This document shows, piece after piece, positions 30,816 to 42,310 of a stretch of 64,000 nucleotides of DNA (the first letter of the stretch is position 1; each line of letters starts with the position of its first letter). The stretch covers positions 480,001 through 544,000 of the forward strand of contig OZ223302.1 of NCBI GenBank assembly GCA_965140705.1, given 5' to 3'. Source of the stretch: an uncultured Arcobacter sp. (GTDB lineage: Bacteria; Campylobacterota; Campylobacteria; Campylobacterales; Arcobacteraceae). Both the position numbers and the translations under genes were made by a program. The notes below the pieces were generated by a model that was given only the letters and a program-made list of their open reading frames with translations, made no database searches and was not told the origin of the DNA.

Positions 30816-31834
30816 CAATAAACTTTTTTTACAGTTAACTTATAAATAAAATATGACATAATTGTCCAAAAAACAATTATTGAAGGAATTGACAAAAGGC
30901 CAATTGATTTAGTTAAGGGATCAGAAATTAAATAATACATTACAACACTAATAACGGCATATGCAACTGATCTATTCTTTTCATATCTTGGATTAAAATA
31001 TCCAAAAGCAACCACCAAATAAATAGAAATAAATGGAAAAATTGAAGTTAAAACATAAAAAGAAAATTTTGCAACATCACCATCACTATTAACTCTTTGT
31101 TTCCAATACTCATATGCATTTGTAAAAGGAGTAAGTTCTGAATCACTTAAGGTATCATTTATATGCATAACTTTATAATCTATTTGATTGATTTTATTTT
31201 TTTCAAAATAGAAAGTTTTACCATCTTTTAAAACAAAACTCAAATCTCCTAAATCGTTATTTAATCTTGCATTTTTAGCAATAATAAATTGATCTGTACC
31301 TTTGTTCTCTGTTTTAAATAGTTTAACTTCTTCATAAAGTTTATCATCTTTTTTACTTATGTAGATAAGCCAATCACCAAATTTTTGTCCAAATTCTGAG
31401 GCTTTTATATTAAAATTTGCTTCTTTTGTTTTTTGATTTATCATCTCTTCAGATAGATATTTTGTTTTGGGAATTAATCCTATTGAAAGAATAAGTAAAG
31501 ACAAAGAGATAAGAAAAGTAATAGGTAAAAATATTTTCAAAATATTTGAGGGATTTAAACCAAAAGAGGTCACAACTATCAGCTCATATTCACTAGATAA
31601 TTTAGATAAAGTAATTACCATAGCTACAAAAAAAGATATGGGCATAGTATAAAAAATAATATTAGGTAAATTATATGAATACAAAGTACCAAGTTCAAAT
31701 ATATTTAAGGTAATAACAGATGTTATAGAGGCTATTCTTACTAAAAAAATAATTGAGGTAATAAAAAAAAGTACTAAAAATATAGGGAAAAATGTATTTG
31801 AAAATTGTGATAATAAATATTGTTTTAACTTCAC
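30815..31834 (-). CDS. LptF/LptG family LPS export permease
   Basis: 3 TM + periplasmic domain + 3 TM topology, LSKLSSEYEL...SFG motif. Confidence 0.85.
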   Translation of the reverse strand: MKLKQYLLSQFSNTFFPIFLVLFFITSIIFLVRIASITSVITLNIFELGTLYSYNLPNIIFYTMPISFFVAMVITLSKLSSEYELIVVTSFGLNPSNILKIFLPITFLISLSLLILSIGLIPKTKYLSEEMINQKTKEANFNIKASEFGQKFGDWLIYISKKDDKLYEEVKLFKTENKGTDQFIIAKNARLNNDLGDLSFVLKDGKTFYFEKNKINQIDYKVMHINDTLSDSELTPFTNAYEYWKQRVNSDGDVAKFSFYVLTSIFPFISIYLVVAFGYFNPRYEKNRSVAYAVISVVMYYLISDPLTKSIGLLSIPSIIVFWTIMSYFIYKLTVKKVY

Positions 31835-32601
31835 AAAATAACCTTTGAAACTTGAAATATATACTCAACAAAAAAACCTAAAGACAAATATGGAATAAAG
31901 GCAGTTTGCTTTTCACTGTTTTTGATATTATTATAAATTGATGGAATTATAGCAAAAAGTGCTGCTAAAAATATAGCTACCATACCAGAAGTTAAACCTA
32001 AAAGTGCTCCAATCACAGCAATAATAGGTAAATCTCCCTCTCCTAAGGCTCTTTGTGTTTTTAAAGTCTCATCTTTTAATATCTTTGATTTAATATTTTG
32101 AATATAAAAAGTTATGAAAAAGTCCAACATAACAAAAGCTCCAACAAAAATAAAACTATTTTTTATAGAGTCTAAAAAATTATTATAAACAGAAGAGAAC
32201 CCTAAAATGACTACAACTAATAAAATCCAATCTGGAACAGCTTTATACTCTAAATCAATAAAAGATAATACAAGTAAAGTATAAAACATTGCTAATATTA
32301 AAAAATATTCCAATGAAAAACCAATCTTCACAAAAAGCGCTAAAGCAATGATTGCAGATAAAACCTCTACCAAAAAATAGTTTATAGAATATTTTTCATT
32401 ACAATATTTACACTTTCCTCCAAGAATAAGATATGAAATAATAGGAATATTATAGTACCAAGCTATTGTTTTTCCGCATTTAGTACAATGACTTCGTGGA
32501 GTAATAATAGATTCACCCTTAGGAGCTCTATAAATCACTACATTTAAAAATGAGCCAATAACTGCACCAAAAATGAAGATAATAGAACTAAACAGAACCA
32601 A
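31831..32601 (-). CDS. Prepilin peptidase (A24)
   Basis: IGSFLNVVIYR, PRSHCTKC, NIPIISY, GKCKYC, GEGD, FIPYL; TTG start at 32601 inferred. Confidence 0.9.
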   Translation of the reverse strand: MVLFSSIIFIFGAVIGSFLNVVIYRAPKGESIITPRSHCTKCGKTIAWYYNIPIISYLILGGKCKYCNEKYSINYFLVEVLSAIIALALFVKIGFSLEYFLILAMFYTLLVLSFIDLEYKAVPDWILLVVVILGFSSVYNNFLDSIKNSFIFVGAFVMLDFFITFYIQNIKSKILKDETLKTQRALGEGDLPIIAVIGALLGLTSGMVAIFLAALFAIIPSIYNNIKNSEKQTAFIPYLSLGFFVEYIFQVSKVIL

Positions 32602-33268
32602 ATCTTCTCTCTCTATTTTTAAAATCACTTAATAAATCATCAAATTCATTTTTAGAAAATTCAGGCCAATAAGTTTTTGTAAAAAACATCTCTGCATAAG
32701 CACATTGCCATAATAAATAGTTTGAAATTCTTATTTCCCCACTTGTACGAATTAGCATATCCACATCAGGAATACCAGCAGTATCTAAACAAGACTCTAT
32801 ATTTTCTTGATTTACTTCAAGTTTTTTATCAACTACTTTCTTTAAAGCCCTTGTAATCTCATCCCGTGAACCATAATTTAATGCAAGTATTTGGGTTAAG
32901 CCTTTTGCATTTTTTGTTTTTTCTTCTGTATCTTTTATAACTTTTTGTAAAGAGTTTGAAAACTTTGATAAATCACCTATTGCTTTAAATTTAACTCCAT
33001 TTTCCAAATATACTGGCAATTCATTTTTCAAATATCTCTCTAAAAGTTTCATCAAAAATTCAACTTCTAATTTTGGTCTTGACCAGTTTTCAGTGGAAAA
33101 AGCATATAAAGTTAAATACTTTATTCCCAAATTATTAGCGTGTGTTGTTATCTCTCTTACAGTTTTTGCACCCTCTTCATGACCAGCAGTTCTATTTAAG
33201 CCTTGCTCTTTTGCCCATCTTCCATTACCATCCATGATAATTGCAACATGTTGTGGTAAACTACTCAT
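32588..33268 (-). CDS. uppS: Undecaprenyl diphosphate synthase
   Basis: HVAIIMDGNGRWA, YAFSTENW, RTSGEIRISNYLLWQ. Confidence 0.97.
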   Translation of the reverse strand: MSSLPQHVAIIMDGNGRWAKEQGLNRTAGHEEGAKTVREITTHANNLGIKYLTLYAFSTENWSRPKLEVEFLMKLLERYLKNELPVYLENGVKFKAIGDLSKFSNSLQKVIKDTEEKTKNAKGLTQILALNYGSRDEITRALKKVVDKKLEVNQENIESCLDTAGIPDVDMLIRTSGEIRISNYLLWQCAYAEMFFTKTYWPEFSKNEFDDLLSDFKNRERRFGSV

Positions 33269-34523
33269 GAAACTCCAAAGCTAGAGTATTTATAATATTT
33301 AAAGAGACATCAAACTTATTTCCATCTAAACTAACTGTTTTATCACTTACCATTAATTCTATTTTATTTGAGTCTGAGCCAAAAGTATTATTTTCATCAA
33401 TTATATTTAGACAAACAGCATCAATGTTTTTTTGAACTTTCATATTTTTTGCATTTTCATATGCAACTTTTTTATCCATCTCAGCTTTGAACCCAATTGT
33501 ATAAATATCATCTCTATTCAGACTTGATAAGATATCAATATTTTGTTTTAATTCTAAATCCCACTTTTCACCAAGCATAGATTTTTTTAGTTTTCCATTT
33601 TGAGGATATGAAGGAATATAATCACTAATAGCTGCTACCATAAAAAGATATGGCTTTTTTTGTATCACACTTGGATTTGAATCATCCATTAAAGTTGTAG
33701 AACTTTTAGTTCCTCTTTTTGCTACAGTTATAGACTCTTGTAGATATTCAAACATCTCTTGAGAACTTTGAGTATTTATAATATGTATACCTTTTGGTAA
33801 CTCTTCATATCCCCTTGAACTTACCAAACAAACATCTGCACCTTTTAAATAAAGAGCTAAAGCTAAAGATGATGCCATCTTACCTGAAGAAAAGTTTGAG
33901 ATATATCGAACATCATCTATCTTTTCAACAGTTCCACCACCACTTAAAACAACTTTTCTATTTTCCCAATATTTATCTTTTAAAAGTTCCCTTACTGTAG
34001 CATAATAGATATCATCAACTTCACTTAAAGCACCTGTTCCAATATCTCTACAAGCTAACTCTTTTGAAACTGGTTCTATAATTTTATAATTACAAAGTTT
34101 TAGCATCTTCATACTTGCACTTGTAATTGGATTTTGTATCATATTTGTATTTGCAGCAGGACATAGAAGTTTTACTCTTGGATATGCTAAGGCTATTTGA
34201 GTCAAAATATTATCAGCTATCCCATGACTTAATTTATTGATTGTATTCGCACTTGCAGGAGCTATTACAAAAATATCAGCCCACTTTCCAATTGCTATAT
34301 GATTATAATGTGAATCTTTATCCCAAGACTCACTGACTTCATCTAAAATTTGCGATTGAGAAATAGTCTCAAAAGTCAAGGGAGTAATAAATTTTTTAGC
34401 AGAAGAAGTCATGATAACTTTTACATTTGCCCCAGCTTTTATATATAATCTTATAAGTTCTAAAGTTTTGTAAATAGCAATTGAGCCTGTAACTCCTATT
34501 AAAATATTTCTGTTTTTAAGCAT
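33261..34523 (-). CDS. coaBC: Phosphopantothenoylcysteine decarboxylase/synthetase
   Basis: [35 protein letters not shown]; start set at ATG 34523. Confidence 0.95.
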   Translation of the reverse strand: MLKNRNILIGVTGSIAIYKTLELIRLYIKAGANVKVIMTSSAKKFITPLTFETISQSQILDEVSESWDKDSHYNHIAIGKWADIFVIAPASANTINKLSHGIADNILTQIALAYPRVKLLCPAANTNMIQNPITSASMKMLKLCNYKIIEPVSKELACRDIGTGALSEVDDIYYATVRELLKDKYWENRKVVLSGGGTVEKIDDVRYISNFSSGKMASSLALALYLKGADVCLVSSRGYEELPKGIHIINTQSSQEMFEYLQESITVAKRGTKSSTTLMDDSNPSVIQKKPYLFMVAAISDYIPSYPQNGKLKKSMLGEKWDLELKQNIDILSSLNRDDIYTIGFKAEMDKKVAYENAKNMKVQKNIDAVCLNIIDENNTFGSDSNKIELMVSDKTVSLDGNKFDVSLNIINTLALEFHE

Positions 34524-35817
34524 CTTTTTTCCCAAAGAATTTATAAAAATATCCTTTTACTACTTTTGTAGCAGCCCTTGTTAGAACTAAATCACCTTTT
34601 TTTACATTTTTAGTAACTGTACTTCCTGCACCAATTAAAACATCATCTTCAATAGTTACAGGGGCGACTAGTTGTGTATCACTTCCCACAAAAACATTTT
34701 TTCCTATTTTTGTTTGGTATTTTTTTATCCCGTCATAATTACAAGTGATTGTTCCACAACCGATATTTGTACCCTCATCTATTTCACAATCTCCAAGATA
34801 AGATAAATGTCCAGCTTTTACACCTTTTAGAATAGCTTTTTTAGTCTCTACAAAATTTCCTATATGAGTATCTTTTATAATAGAACCTGGTCTTACTCTT
34901 GCCATTGGTCCAGCATCACTATTTATAAGAGTTGCATCTTCTATTACTGTATTTGTTTTTATATGAGAGTTTTCTATTTTTGTTTTTCCTAAAAGAGTAA
35001 CTCCATTTTCTATAATACTCTCACCAATAATTTCAACATCAGACTCTATATAAATAGTCTCAGGCAATCTCATAATAACCCCAGCTTTCATAAAAGATTC
35101 TTTTATTCTATTTTGGTGAATAACCTCAGCAAAAGCTAACTCATATTTAGAATTAACACCTTTGAAATTTTCTTCATTTACAATTAGTGGTTTTAATGTT
35201 TTTCCATTATTAATAGCTATTTCAACTAAATCTGTAATATAGTACTCTTCTTGGGCATTATCATTTGATAAAAGAGGCAAAGAGTTCAATAAAAACTCTG
35301 TACAAAACTGATAAATCCCTGCATTTGCACTTGTGATTTTAAGCTCTTCAGGACTTGCATCTTTTTGTTCAACTATTTTTTTTACTTCACCATTTTCTAT
35401 AACTACTCTTCCATATCCATCTGCGTTTTTCAACTCTAACACTGACATTACAATAGTCGCATCTATATCAAGTTTTTTAAGTTCATTTGCTTGAATTAGT
35501 GGCATATCAGCATTTAAAACCAAAGTTTTTTCATACTTTGGTTTTATCCCCATAACTGCACCTCCAGTTCCTGGGAAGTTAATATGGTCTTGTATCACAA
35601 AATTAACTTTATCATTAAAATACTCTTGTATAGTCTGTTTTACTAAATCAGCTTTGTGATATAAAACAACTGTAATATCATCACTTAATTCTAAAGCTTC
35701 TTTAATACTATAGTACAACATAGGTTTACCAGAAATTTTATGTAATACCTTTGGAGTTTCTGATTTCATTCTAGTTCCAGCTCCAGCTGCTAGAATAATA
35801 ATTGATTTATTAAACAT
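34516..35817 (-). CDS. glmU: Bifunctional UDP-GlcNAc pyrophosphorylase / GlcN-1-P acetyltransferase
   Basis: [33 protein letters not shown]. Confidence 0.97.
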   Translation of the reverse strand: MFNKSIIILAAGAGTRMKSETPKVLHKISGKPMLYYSIKEALELSDDITVVLYHKADLVKQTIQEYFNDKVNFVIQDHINFPGTGGAVMGIKPKYEKTLVLNADMPLIQANELKKLDIDATIVMSVLELKNADGYGRVVIENGEVKKIVEQKDASPEELKITSANAGIYQFCTEFLLNSLPLLSNDNAQEEYYITDLVEIAINNGKTLKPLIVNEENFKGVNSKYELAFAEVIHQNRIKESFMKAGVIMRLPETIYIESDVEIIGESIIENGVTLLGKTKIENSHIKTNTVIEDATLINSDAGPMARVRPGSIIKDTHIGNFVETKKAILKGVKAGHLSYLGDCEIDEGTNIGCGTITCNYDGIKKYQTKIGKNVFVGSDTQLVAPVTIEDDVLIGAGSTVTKNVKKGDLVLTRAATKVVKGYFYKFFGKKDA

Positions 35818-35825
35818 TTACACCC

Positions 35826-37772
35826 TTACTTTAACGCTTCTGCTATTTCTTTTCTTAAATTATCTGCAACTTGTTGAAGTGAATTTCTCATCTTCTCATC
35901 AGTAATATTATTCTCCACTAATTTATCTAAATTAGCCTCTTTCTCTTTGAAAAAACTAGCTACTGCTTTACTCTTTTTAGCTCTATTATACATCAAAACT
36001 CCAGAGGCAATAAGTACCATCACAAGTTTTGCATGTCCTAAAATCGCAGCATAATTTAAAATCGTAAATCCTGCAAGATCAGGCTCATTCATATCTGCAC
36101 CTGCTGATATTAAAAGCCTTGCAATTTTATAATTACCTTTCCATTGAGTATGATGTAAAACAGTTCGTCCTTGTTTATCTTTGATATTTAAATCTGTTTT
36201 TTTAGATAAAAGTTTTTCAACAAGTTCATAATCATCTGCAATAACTGCTTTGTGAAAAATTGTTCTTCCATCTCTATCTACACTATTTACATCAACTCTA
36301 AATTTAAGCATAAAAACAATTCTCTCTAAAAACTGTTTTCTCTCATTTTTTGTTTTTGCTTTTAATCCAGTATCTATCATACATGATAAAGCAGTATTTC
36401 CTTCATTATCAACTTTATTAATATCTGCACCATTATTTAAAAGAACTTTTATTAACTCAATATTATTATAATTTATTACATCAAAAAGAATAGTTTTTCC
36501 ATCACTTCTTGCTTGATTTAATTTTGGTCTTTTTATTATTATTCTTTTTAAAAGTTTAAAATAATCCCCATTTTCAACAATATCCAAAAATCTTCTTGAA
36601 TGGGCTCTTTTGCCATTCTCTTGAATTAAAATCATCTCAGCTAAATCATCAACAATAGTTCTTTCATCAAAGTCTTGATGGTCTACATCTATACCTTTAT
36701 CAAAAAGATAATCAATCATTTCATAATTTGAATATCCTTTTAAACACTCTTGAAAAAGAACTGTTTTACCATCCCTATCTTGTGTACTAATATCTGCCCC
36801 TGCATCTAAAAAGAACTCAATTAATTCAAAATCTTTATTCTCTACTGCATAAAAAAGAATACTTTTCCCTTCTTCATCTTTTCTATCAATATCTAAACCA
36901 TTTTCAATTAATATTGTTAAAAGTTTTTGGTAATCATTCTCTTTTTTTACATATTTATAATCAGTTTGCCTATATTTATCTAAATTATTTTCTCTTACAA
37001 TATTAAATATTTTTAATATTTCATCTAAAACAGTTTTACCTTCAATATCTTTTTGATTTATATTTATATCTCTTTGTAATAAAGCATCAATGGTATCAAG
37101 ATGTTTAGCACCTTTTAAAGCTATTTTGAAAAGTACATTTCTTTTATTTTTGTCTAAATGATTTATATCTAAACCAAATTCTATTAAATATTTCATAATT
37201 GTTTGGTCATCTTTCAAACTAGCCAAAAATAAAACACTTTCTCCTTCATTATCAGAGATATTTATATCATCTATATTATTTAAAATCTCTCTTACAATTC
37301 TAATATTACCACCTTCTACTGCATCAAAAAGTACTGTTCTTCCATAACTATCTTTAAAAGTTAAATCAGCACCATGGGCAAGCAAAAGTTGAAATACTTT
37401 TAAATTCCCTTCTAGGGCAATATCTTGAATAAGTATTCTTCCTGAAGAGTTTATATAATTTAAAGAGGCTTTTTTATCAAGTAAAAATCTTATCATCATA
37501 CCATCAGCTGAAGAAGCGGCAATTGATAATACTGTTTTCCCTAATTTATCTTCGTGATCAATATTTACACCATTTTCAATTAGGATTTTCATACCTTCTA
37601 TTCGGCGTTTTTGTACAAGTTCAAAAAGAAGAGTTCTACCTTTTTCATCAGTAGCATTAATATCTATTCCACTATCAATAAGTTTTTGTATTTTTTCTTC
37701 ATTTACATAGTCTTTTAGCAACTCTTTTTGTAAAGTTGTACTATCATCTGAACGAAATAGATTAAGCATCAA
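35826..37772 (-). CDS. Ankyrin-repeat protein
   Basis: Many DxxG(R/K)TxL ... LLxxGADxN units. Confidence 0.9.
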   Translation of the reverse strand: MMLNLFRSDDSTTLQKELLKDYVNEEKIQKLIDSGIDINATDEKGRTLLFELVQKRRIEGMKILIENGVNIDHEDKLGKTVLSIAASSADGMMIRFLLDKKASLNYINSSGRILIQDIALEGNLKVFQLLLAHGADLTFKDSYGRTVLFDAVEGGNIRIVREILNNIDDINISDNEGESVLFLASLKDDQTIMKYLIEFGLDINHLDKNKRNVLFKIALKGAKHLDTIDALLQRDININQKDIEGKTVLDEILKIFNIVRENNLDKYRQTDYKYVKKENDYQKLLTILIENGLDIDRKDEEGKSILFYAVENKDFELIEFFLDAGADISTQDRDGKTVLFQECLKGYSNYEMIDYLFDKGIDVDHQDFDERTIVDDLAEMILIQENGKRAHSRRFLDIVENGDYFKLLKRIIIKRPKLNQARSDGKTILFDVINYNNIELIKVLLNNGADINKVDNEGNTALSCMIDTGLKAKTKNERKQFLERIVFMLKFRVDVNSVDRDGRTIFHKAVIADDYELVEKLLSKKTDLNIKDKQGRTVLHHTQWKGNYKIARLLISAGADMNEPDLAGFTILNYAAILGHAKLVMVLIASGVLMYNRAKKSKAVASFFKEKEANLDKLVENNITDEKMRNSLQQVADNLRKEIAEALK

Positions 37773-37820
37773 TTCTCCTCTGTAATACTTCCAATGTTCG
37801 CAATTATATCTAAGGGAAGA

Positions 37821-39359
37821 TTAAAATCTTCTCCTTGGTTTAAACTCTCTTTTCTCTCTTGGAGGAAAGGGTCTTTTATTCTCTAATGGTGCTAACTTTA
37901 TATCTTTTTTTAAAGAGTTTTCCATAAATTGGTTAAAAGAAGTTCTAGCAATAGTAGCTTTTATACTATCTGGAAACTGTTCTGGTAATTTATAAGATAA
38001 CCATAAATAAAGAGATATTTTTTTAATCTCATCTTCTACTAATAACAAATCCTTTTGCGTTCTTGCAACTTTTGGTAGAGTAATTGAAGGTTTATATCGT
38101 ATTACTCTATTTTTTAAAACAGCCGAAATATAAATATCATATGCTTGTAAAATAATCTTCGATTTTAAAGAAATAGGTGCTTGGGATAGCATATATTTAT
38201 CTTCTAGCTTTAAATTGAATTTTTGATCTACAATAGTTGAAGCACTAAGCATTGAGCCAATTTTTGCTGCAACAAAAGGTCCTTCAAACACCATATTTGT
38301 AGAAAAAAACTTTAATACTTTGGTTAAAGATGTTGTTTTTAGATGCATCGCTAAATTTGTAAGCTGTTCATTGTTTATTTTTACTTTAAATGGTGGCTTA
38401 ATGGTCTTAATTGGTTTAGAATACTCTTCTTTTATATATTTTAAACTATCTTTTGTAGTAGCTCCAATAAAGCCTTTTTCATGATGCCCATATCGCCCTG
38501 CTCTTCCTGCTATTTGAACTATTTCATTTACACTTATTCCACGTCTTGAAATACCATCAAATTTCATATGAGTTGTGAAAAGTATTGTTTTAATAGGAAG
38601 ATTCAATCCCATTGCAATAGCATCAGTTGCTATTAGGATATCTGTCTCTTTTTCCCTAAATCTTCTAGCTTCATCCCGTCTTACTTCAGGAGATAAGTTT
38701 CCATAGATGATTGAGATTTTATGTTTTTTTTGAAGTTTTTGTTTTAATTTTAAAACATCACTTCTTGAAAAAGCAATCAGTGCTGTTCCACTTTCTAAAT
38801 TTCCCAAAGCTGTATGTTTATCTAAAAGTTGTAATTCATTTTTTCTTTTAAATTTTTCTATTATCAAATCTTCTTCTAGATATGCAGCTATTTTCTTAAC
38901 TGCTTCTAGGGCATTTACACTTCCTGTCATAATTATCTTTTTAGCAGGGCAACCAATAATTGCATTTACCCAAGCCCAACCTCTATCCTCATCATCGAGC
39001 ATTTGAACTTCATCAATAATAGCAACATCAACATCCATATTGAAATCAATCATTTCAATAGTTGAACAAACATGTGCTGCATCTTCATTTAGATTTTGCT
39101 CTTCCCCTGTGATTAGTGAAGCTGGTATTCCCTCTTTAGTCAAATCTTCATACCCTTCTAAAGCTAGTAGCCGTAAGGGTGCTAAATAAAGTCCACAATC
39201 TGCTTTTTTAAGCTCAGTCATTGCTTTGTATGTTTTACCAGAATTTGTGGGTCCCACAAAAAAGTGTAATTCTCTTTTCATAGTTCTTGCAAGGGGATAA
39301 AGGGATTTTATATCACAATTTAAAAGTTCTTTTAGTTGATCTTGCCAATTTGTTTTCAT
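37821..39359 (-). CDS. SUV3-like superfamily II helicase
   Basis: GPTNSGKT, YLAPLRLLALE, IDEVQM..RGWAW, ATDAIAMGLNL, QIAGRAGRYG. Confidence 0.88.
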   Translation of the reverse strand: MKTNWQDQLKELLNCDIKSLYPLARTMKRELHFFVGPTNSGKTYKAMTELKKADCGLYLAPLRLLALEGYEDLTKEGIPASLITGEEQNLNEDAAHVCSTIEMIDFNMDVDVAIIDEVQMLDDEDRGWAWVNAIIGCPAKKIIMTGSVNALEAVKKIAAYLEEDLIIEKFKRKNELQLLDKHTALGNLESGTALIAFSRSDVLKLKQKLQKKHKISIIYGNLSPEVRRDEARRFREKETDILIATDAIAMGLNLPIKTILFTTHMKFDGISRRGISVNEIVQIAGRAGRYGHHEKGFIGATTKDSLKYIKEEYSKPIKTIKPPFKVKINNEQLTNLAMHLKTTSLTKVLKFFSTNMVFEGPFVAAKIGSMLSASTIVDQKFNLKLEDKYMLSQAPISLKSKIILQAYDIYISAVLKNRVIRYKPSITLPKVARTQKDLLLVEDEIKKISLYLWLSYKLPEQFPDSIKATIARTSFNQFMENSLKKDIKLAPLENKRPFPPREKREFKPRRRF

Positions 39360-39442
39360 ATTATTCTTTTTAATTTTATAAGTATTAAATTCATTTTATC
39401 ATAAAATAATAATATTATAATAAAAGATTTTAAGGGATTTTG

Positions 39443-40564
39443 ATGACATGTGATTATTTTGGAAAATGTGGTAGTTGTACTTTGTACCATATGAATTATG
39501 AAGAACAATTGAATTATAAGCTATCTAGAGAAAAACAGAGATTTCAAGATATCACTACAATGGACTTTGAAATAATAAGAAGTGAGGAAGAACACTTTAG
39601 AAATAGAGCAGAATTTAGATTTTGGAAAAATTATGATGATGAAAAAAATCCAACACTATCTTATGGAATGACAAGCTTTGATAAAAATATTTTAGAAGTA
39701 GACAAGTGTTCAATTGTCTCAAAACAAATAGACGAACTCATGCCAAAACTATTAGATGAAATTTCACAAAATGAAATATTAAACTATAAAATCTATTCAG
39801 TAGAATTTTTAGGTTCAACTACAAATGATATGCTTGTTACTTTAATCTATCACAAAAAATTAGATACTGCTTGGGAAAAAGTTGCAAGAGAAGTTCAAGA
39901 AAGACTAAATATCAAAATCATAGGAAGAAGTCGTAAACAAAAGATAGTTTTAAAAGAGGATTTCATTAAAGAAGAGTTAAATATAAATGATAATGTTTTT
40001 AAATTCCATTATAAAGAGGGTGGATTTACCCAACCAAATACAAAAGTAAATATCAAAATGATAGAGTGGGTTTTAAATAATATTGAAACAAAAGATGATT
40101 TGTGTGAACTTTATTGTGGGGGTGGAAATTTTACTATTCCTTTATCTACTAAGTTCAACAATGTCTTAGCAACAGAGATTTCAAAAACTTCAATTAACTC
40201 TGCACTTTTAAATTGTGAATTAAATGACATAACAAATATTGACTTTATAAGAATGAGTGCCGAAGAGTTTGTGGAAGCTTTAAATAGTGTAAGGGAATTT
40301 AGAAGATTAAAAGATATAAACTTAAGTAATTATAACTTTTCAACTATATTTGTAGATCCACCACGTTCGGGACTTGATGATACAACAAGAGAGTTAGTTA
40401 AAGATTATGAACAAATAATATATATATCTTGTAATCCAGAAACTTTGCATAGAGATTTAAAAGAATTAGTAAAATCTCACCAAATCTTAAATTTTGCTTT
40501 ATTTGACCAATTTTCCTATTCTGGGCACATCGAAACAGGAGTAATTCTCAAAAAATCTTGTTAA
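39443..40564 (+). CDS. trmA: tRNA (uracil-54-C5)-methyltransferase
   Basis: FTQPN, ELYCGGGNFT, VDPPRSG, YISCNPETL, FDQF..H.E. Confidence 0.93.
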   Translation: MTCDYFGKCGSCTLYHMNYEEQLNYKLSREKQRFQDITTMDFEIIRSEEEHFRNRAEFRFWKNYDDEKNPTLSYGMTSFDKNILEVDKCSIVSKQIDELMPKLLDEISQNEILNYKIYSVEFLGSTTNDMLVTLIYHKKLDTAWEKVAREVQERLNIKIIGRSRKQKIVLKEDFIKEELNINDNVFKFHYKEGGFTQPNTKVNIKMIEWVLNNIETKDDLCELYCGGGNFTIPLSTKFNNVLATEISKTSINSALLNCELNDITNIDFIRMSAEEFVEALNSVREFRRLKDINLSNYNFSTIFVDPPRSGLDDTTRELVKDYEQIIYISCNPETLHRDLKELVKSHQILNFALFDQFSYSGHIETGVILKKSC

Positions 40565-40598
40565 AATTTAGTATAAAAGCTCTAACAAGGTAAATAAC

Positions 40599-42095
40599 AT
40601 GAGAATAAATACAAACATAGCTTCGCTTAATGCACAAGAAGCGGCAGCAAATACTAATAAGAAAATTTCTACTTCATTAGAAAGACTTTCTACTGGACTA
40701 AAAGTTAACAAAGCTAGTGATGATGCTTCTGGTTTAGCAATTGCTGATAAACTAAGAACTCAAGCTTCATCAATTAGTCAAGGTATAGATAATGGAAATT
40801 CAGCTGTTGCTTTAATCCAAATCGCTGATAAATCTATGTCTGAACAATCAAATATCTTGGATACTGTTAAAGCTAAATTAATTCAAGCTAATACTGATAC
40901 CACTTCTCCTGATGGTAGAGAAGCTATTAGAAAAGATATTGTTAAATTACTTGAGCAATTAGATAATATCGCTCAACAGACAAGTTACAATGGTATTACT
41001 CTATTACAAGATAGTTATGATAGCATGTCAAGCTCAATTGAATTGAAATTTCAAATTGGTGGAAACAAAGACGATATTATGCAAAGTTCTTTCATCCAAT
41101 CAAATACAGTTGGATTAGGTGGAGGAAAAGAAGCACTTGACCAAGTTTCTGGATCAAGTACAAGAAATAATGTAATTTCTCAAGGCCTATCAACTGTTAT
41201 AAGTGGAGATGGAACAAATCCTATTACATTAGATGGTTATGCAACAGGAACGGCTATAAAAGTAAATATTACAGGAATACCTGGAGATATAACTGCAAAT
41301 GGACCTACAGAAATTAGTAAAGTAGATTCAACTACTCAATTGGTATTAGAAGCTTTAGCAAATGCAACAAGTGGTGTAAATGGAAGCCCTGCCACAGTTG
41401 AAGTAAAAGATGTAAACAACAGAGTAATAGGAACTTTTACATTAGAAACACCTGCTGGTACATCAATTGCTAGTGGACTTGTTATGCACTCTACTCCTGG
41501 TTTAAATGGTGCAGAACCAACAGTGACTTTTTCTCTTGCATCTGGAACAACAATAGGAATGGGTGGTAAAACAATAAATACAGTTGAAATTGCAGGTAAA
41601 CCTTTAAATACTTTTACAATAGGAGCAATGACGATTACTCAAACTTCAGCATCAGGAAGTATTACTTTTGATGCAAATGCTCAAAATCTTAATATCCAAA
41701 ATCTTAATAGTGCTAATGGACAAGAGTTAAAAGTAACAACAGCAACTGGTAGTATAACAGGTGGTGGTACATTAGCTGGATTAAAAGCTTTACAAGCTGG
41801 TCAATTAACACAAAATCAAGCTGTTAAATACCAAGGAATAGTTGATGCTGCTTTAAGTCAGATGAATACATATCGTTCTGATTTGGGTTCTACCCAAAAT
41901 CAGGTTGAATCAGCGGTTAGAAACTTGATGACACAAAAAACAAATGTAACAGCAGCTGAATCAGTCATTCGAGATGTTGATTATGCACAAGAATCTGCAA
42001 ATTTCAACAAACAAAACATCATAGCTCAAGCTGGAAATTATGCCATGTCTCAAGCAAATTCTGTGGCACAAAATGTACTTAGATTACTTCAATAA
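40599..42095 (+). CDS. Flagellin (first of tandem pair)
   Basis: MRINTN, LSTGLKVNKASDDASGLAIA, C-terminal DVDYAQES ... VLRLLQ. Confidence 0.97.
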   Translation: MRINTNIASLNAQEAAANTNKKISTSLERLSTGLKVNKASDDASGLAIADKLRTQASSISQGIDNGNSAVALIQIADKSMSEQSNILDTVKAKLIQANTDTTSPDGREAIRKDIVKLLEQLDNIAQQTSYNGITLLQDSYDSMSSSIELKFQIGGNKDDIMQSSFIQSNTVGLGGGKEALDQVSGSSTRNNVISQGLSTVISGDGTNPITLDGYATGTAIKVNITGIPGDITANGPTEISKVDSTTQLVLEALANATSGVNGSPATVEVKDVNNRVIGTFTLETPAGTSIASGLVMHSTPGLNGAEPTVTFSLASGTTIGMGGKTINTVEIAGKPLNTFTIGAMTITQTSASGSITFDANAQNLNIQNLNSANGQELKVTTATGSITGGGTLAGLKALQAGQLTQNQAVKYQGIVDAALSQMNTYRSDLGSTQNQVESAVRNLMTQKTNVTAAESVIRDVDYAQESANFNKQNIIAQAGNYAMSQANSVAQNVLRLLQ

Positions 42096-42120
42096 AACTA
42101 ATTTTAATTTACAAATTTAA

Positions 42121-42146
42121 AGAGAGTTTAAAAGCTCTCTTTTTTT
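42121..42146 (+). terminator. Rho-independent terminator after the first flagellin
   Basis: agagagt-ttaaaa-gctctct followed by a T run. Confidence 0.7.
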
Positions 42147-42310
42147 ATTGTCAAATTATATTTAATCTATTTTTAAGAATTGGTATGTAATAATTCTTTT
42201 TACAAAGTAGGGATTAATTGATTCCAAAGAGTTATTTTACTCTATGCTCATTCACCTGAGAATGTATTCGGTGTGATTTATCACAATGTGTCATAATTAA
42301 AGGATTTATT

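Noticed and set aside
42180..42200. Sigma-54 promoter (TGGTATG...) before the second flagellin
   Set aside because: No GC at the -12 position relative to the GG
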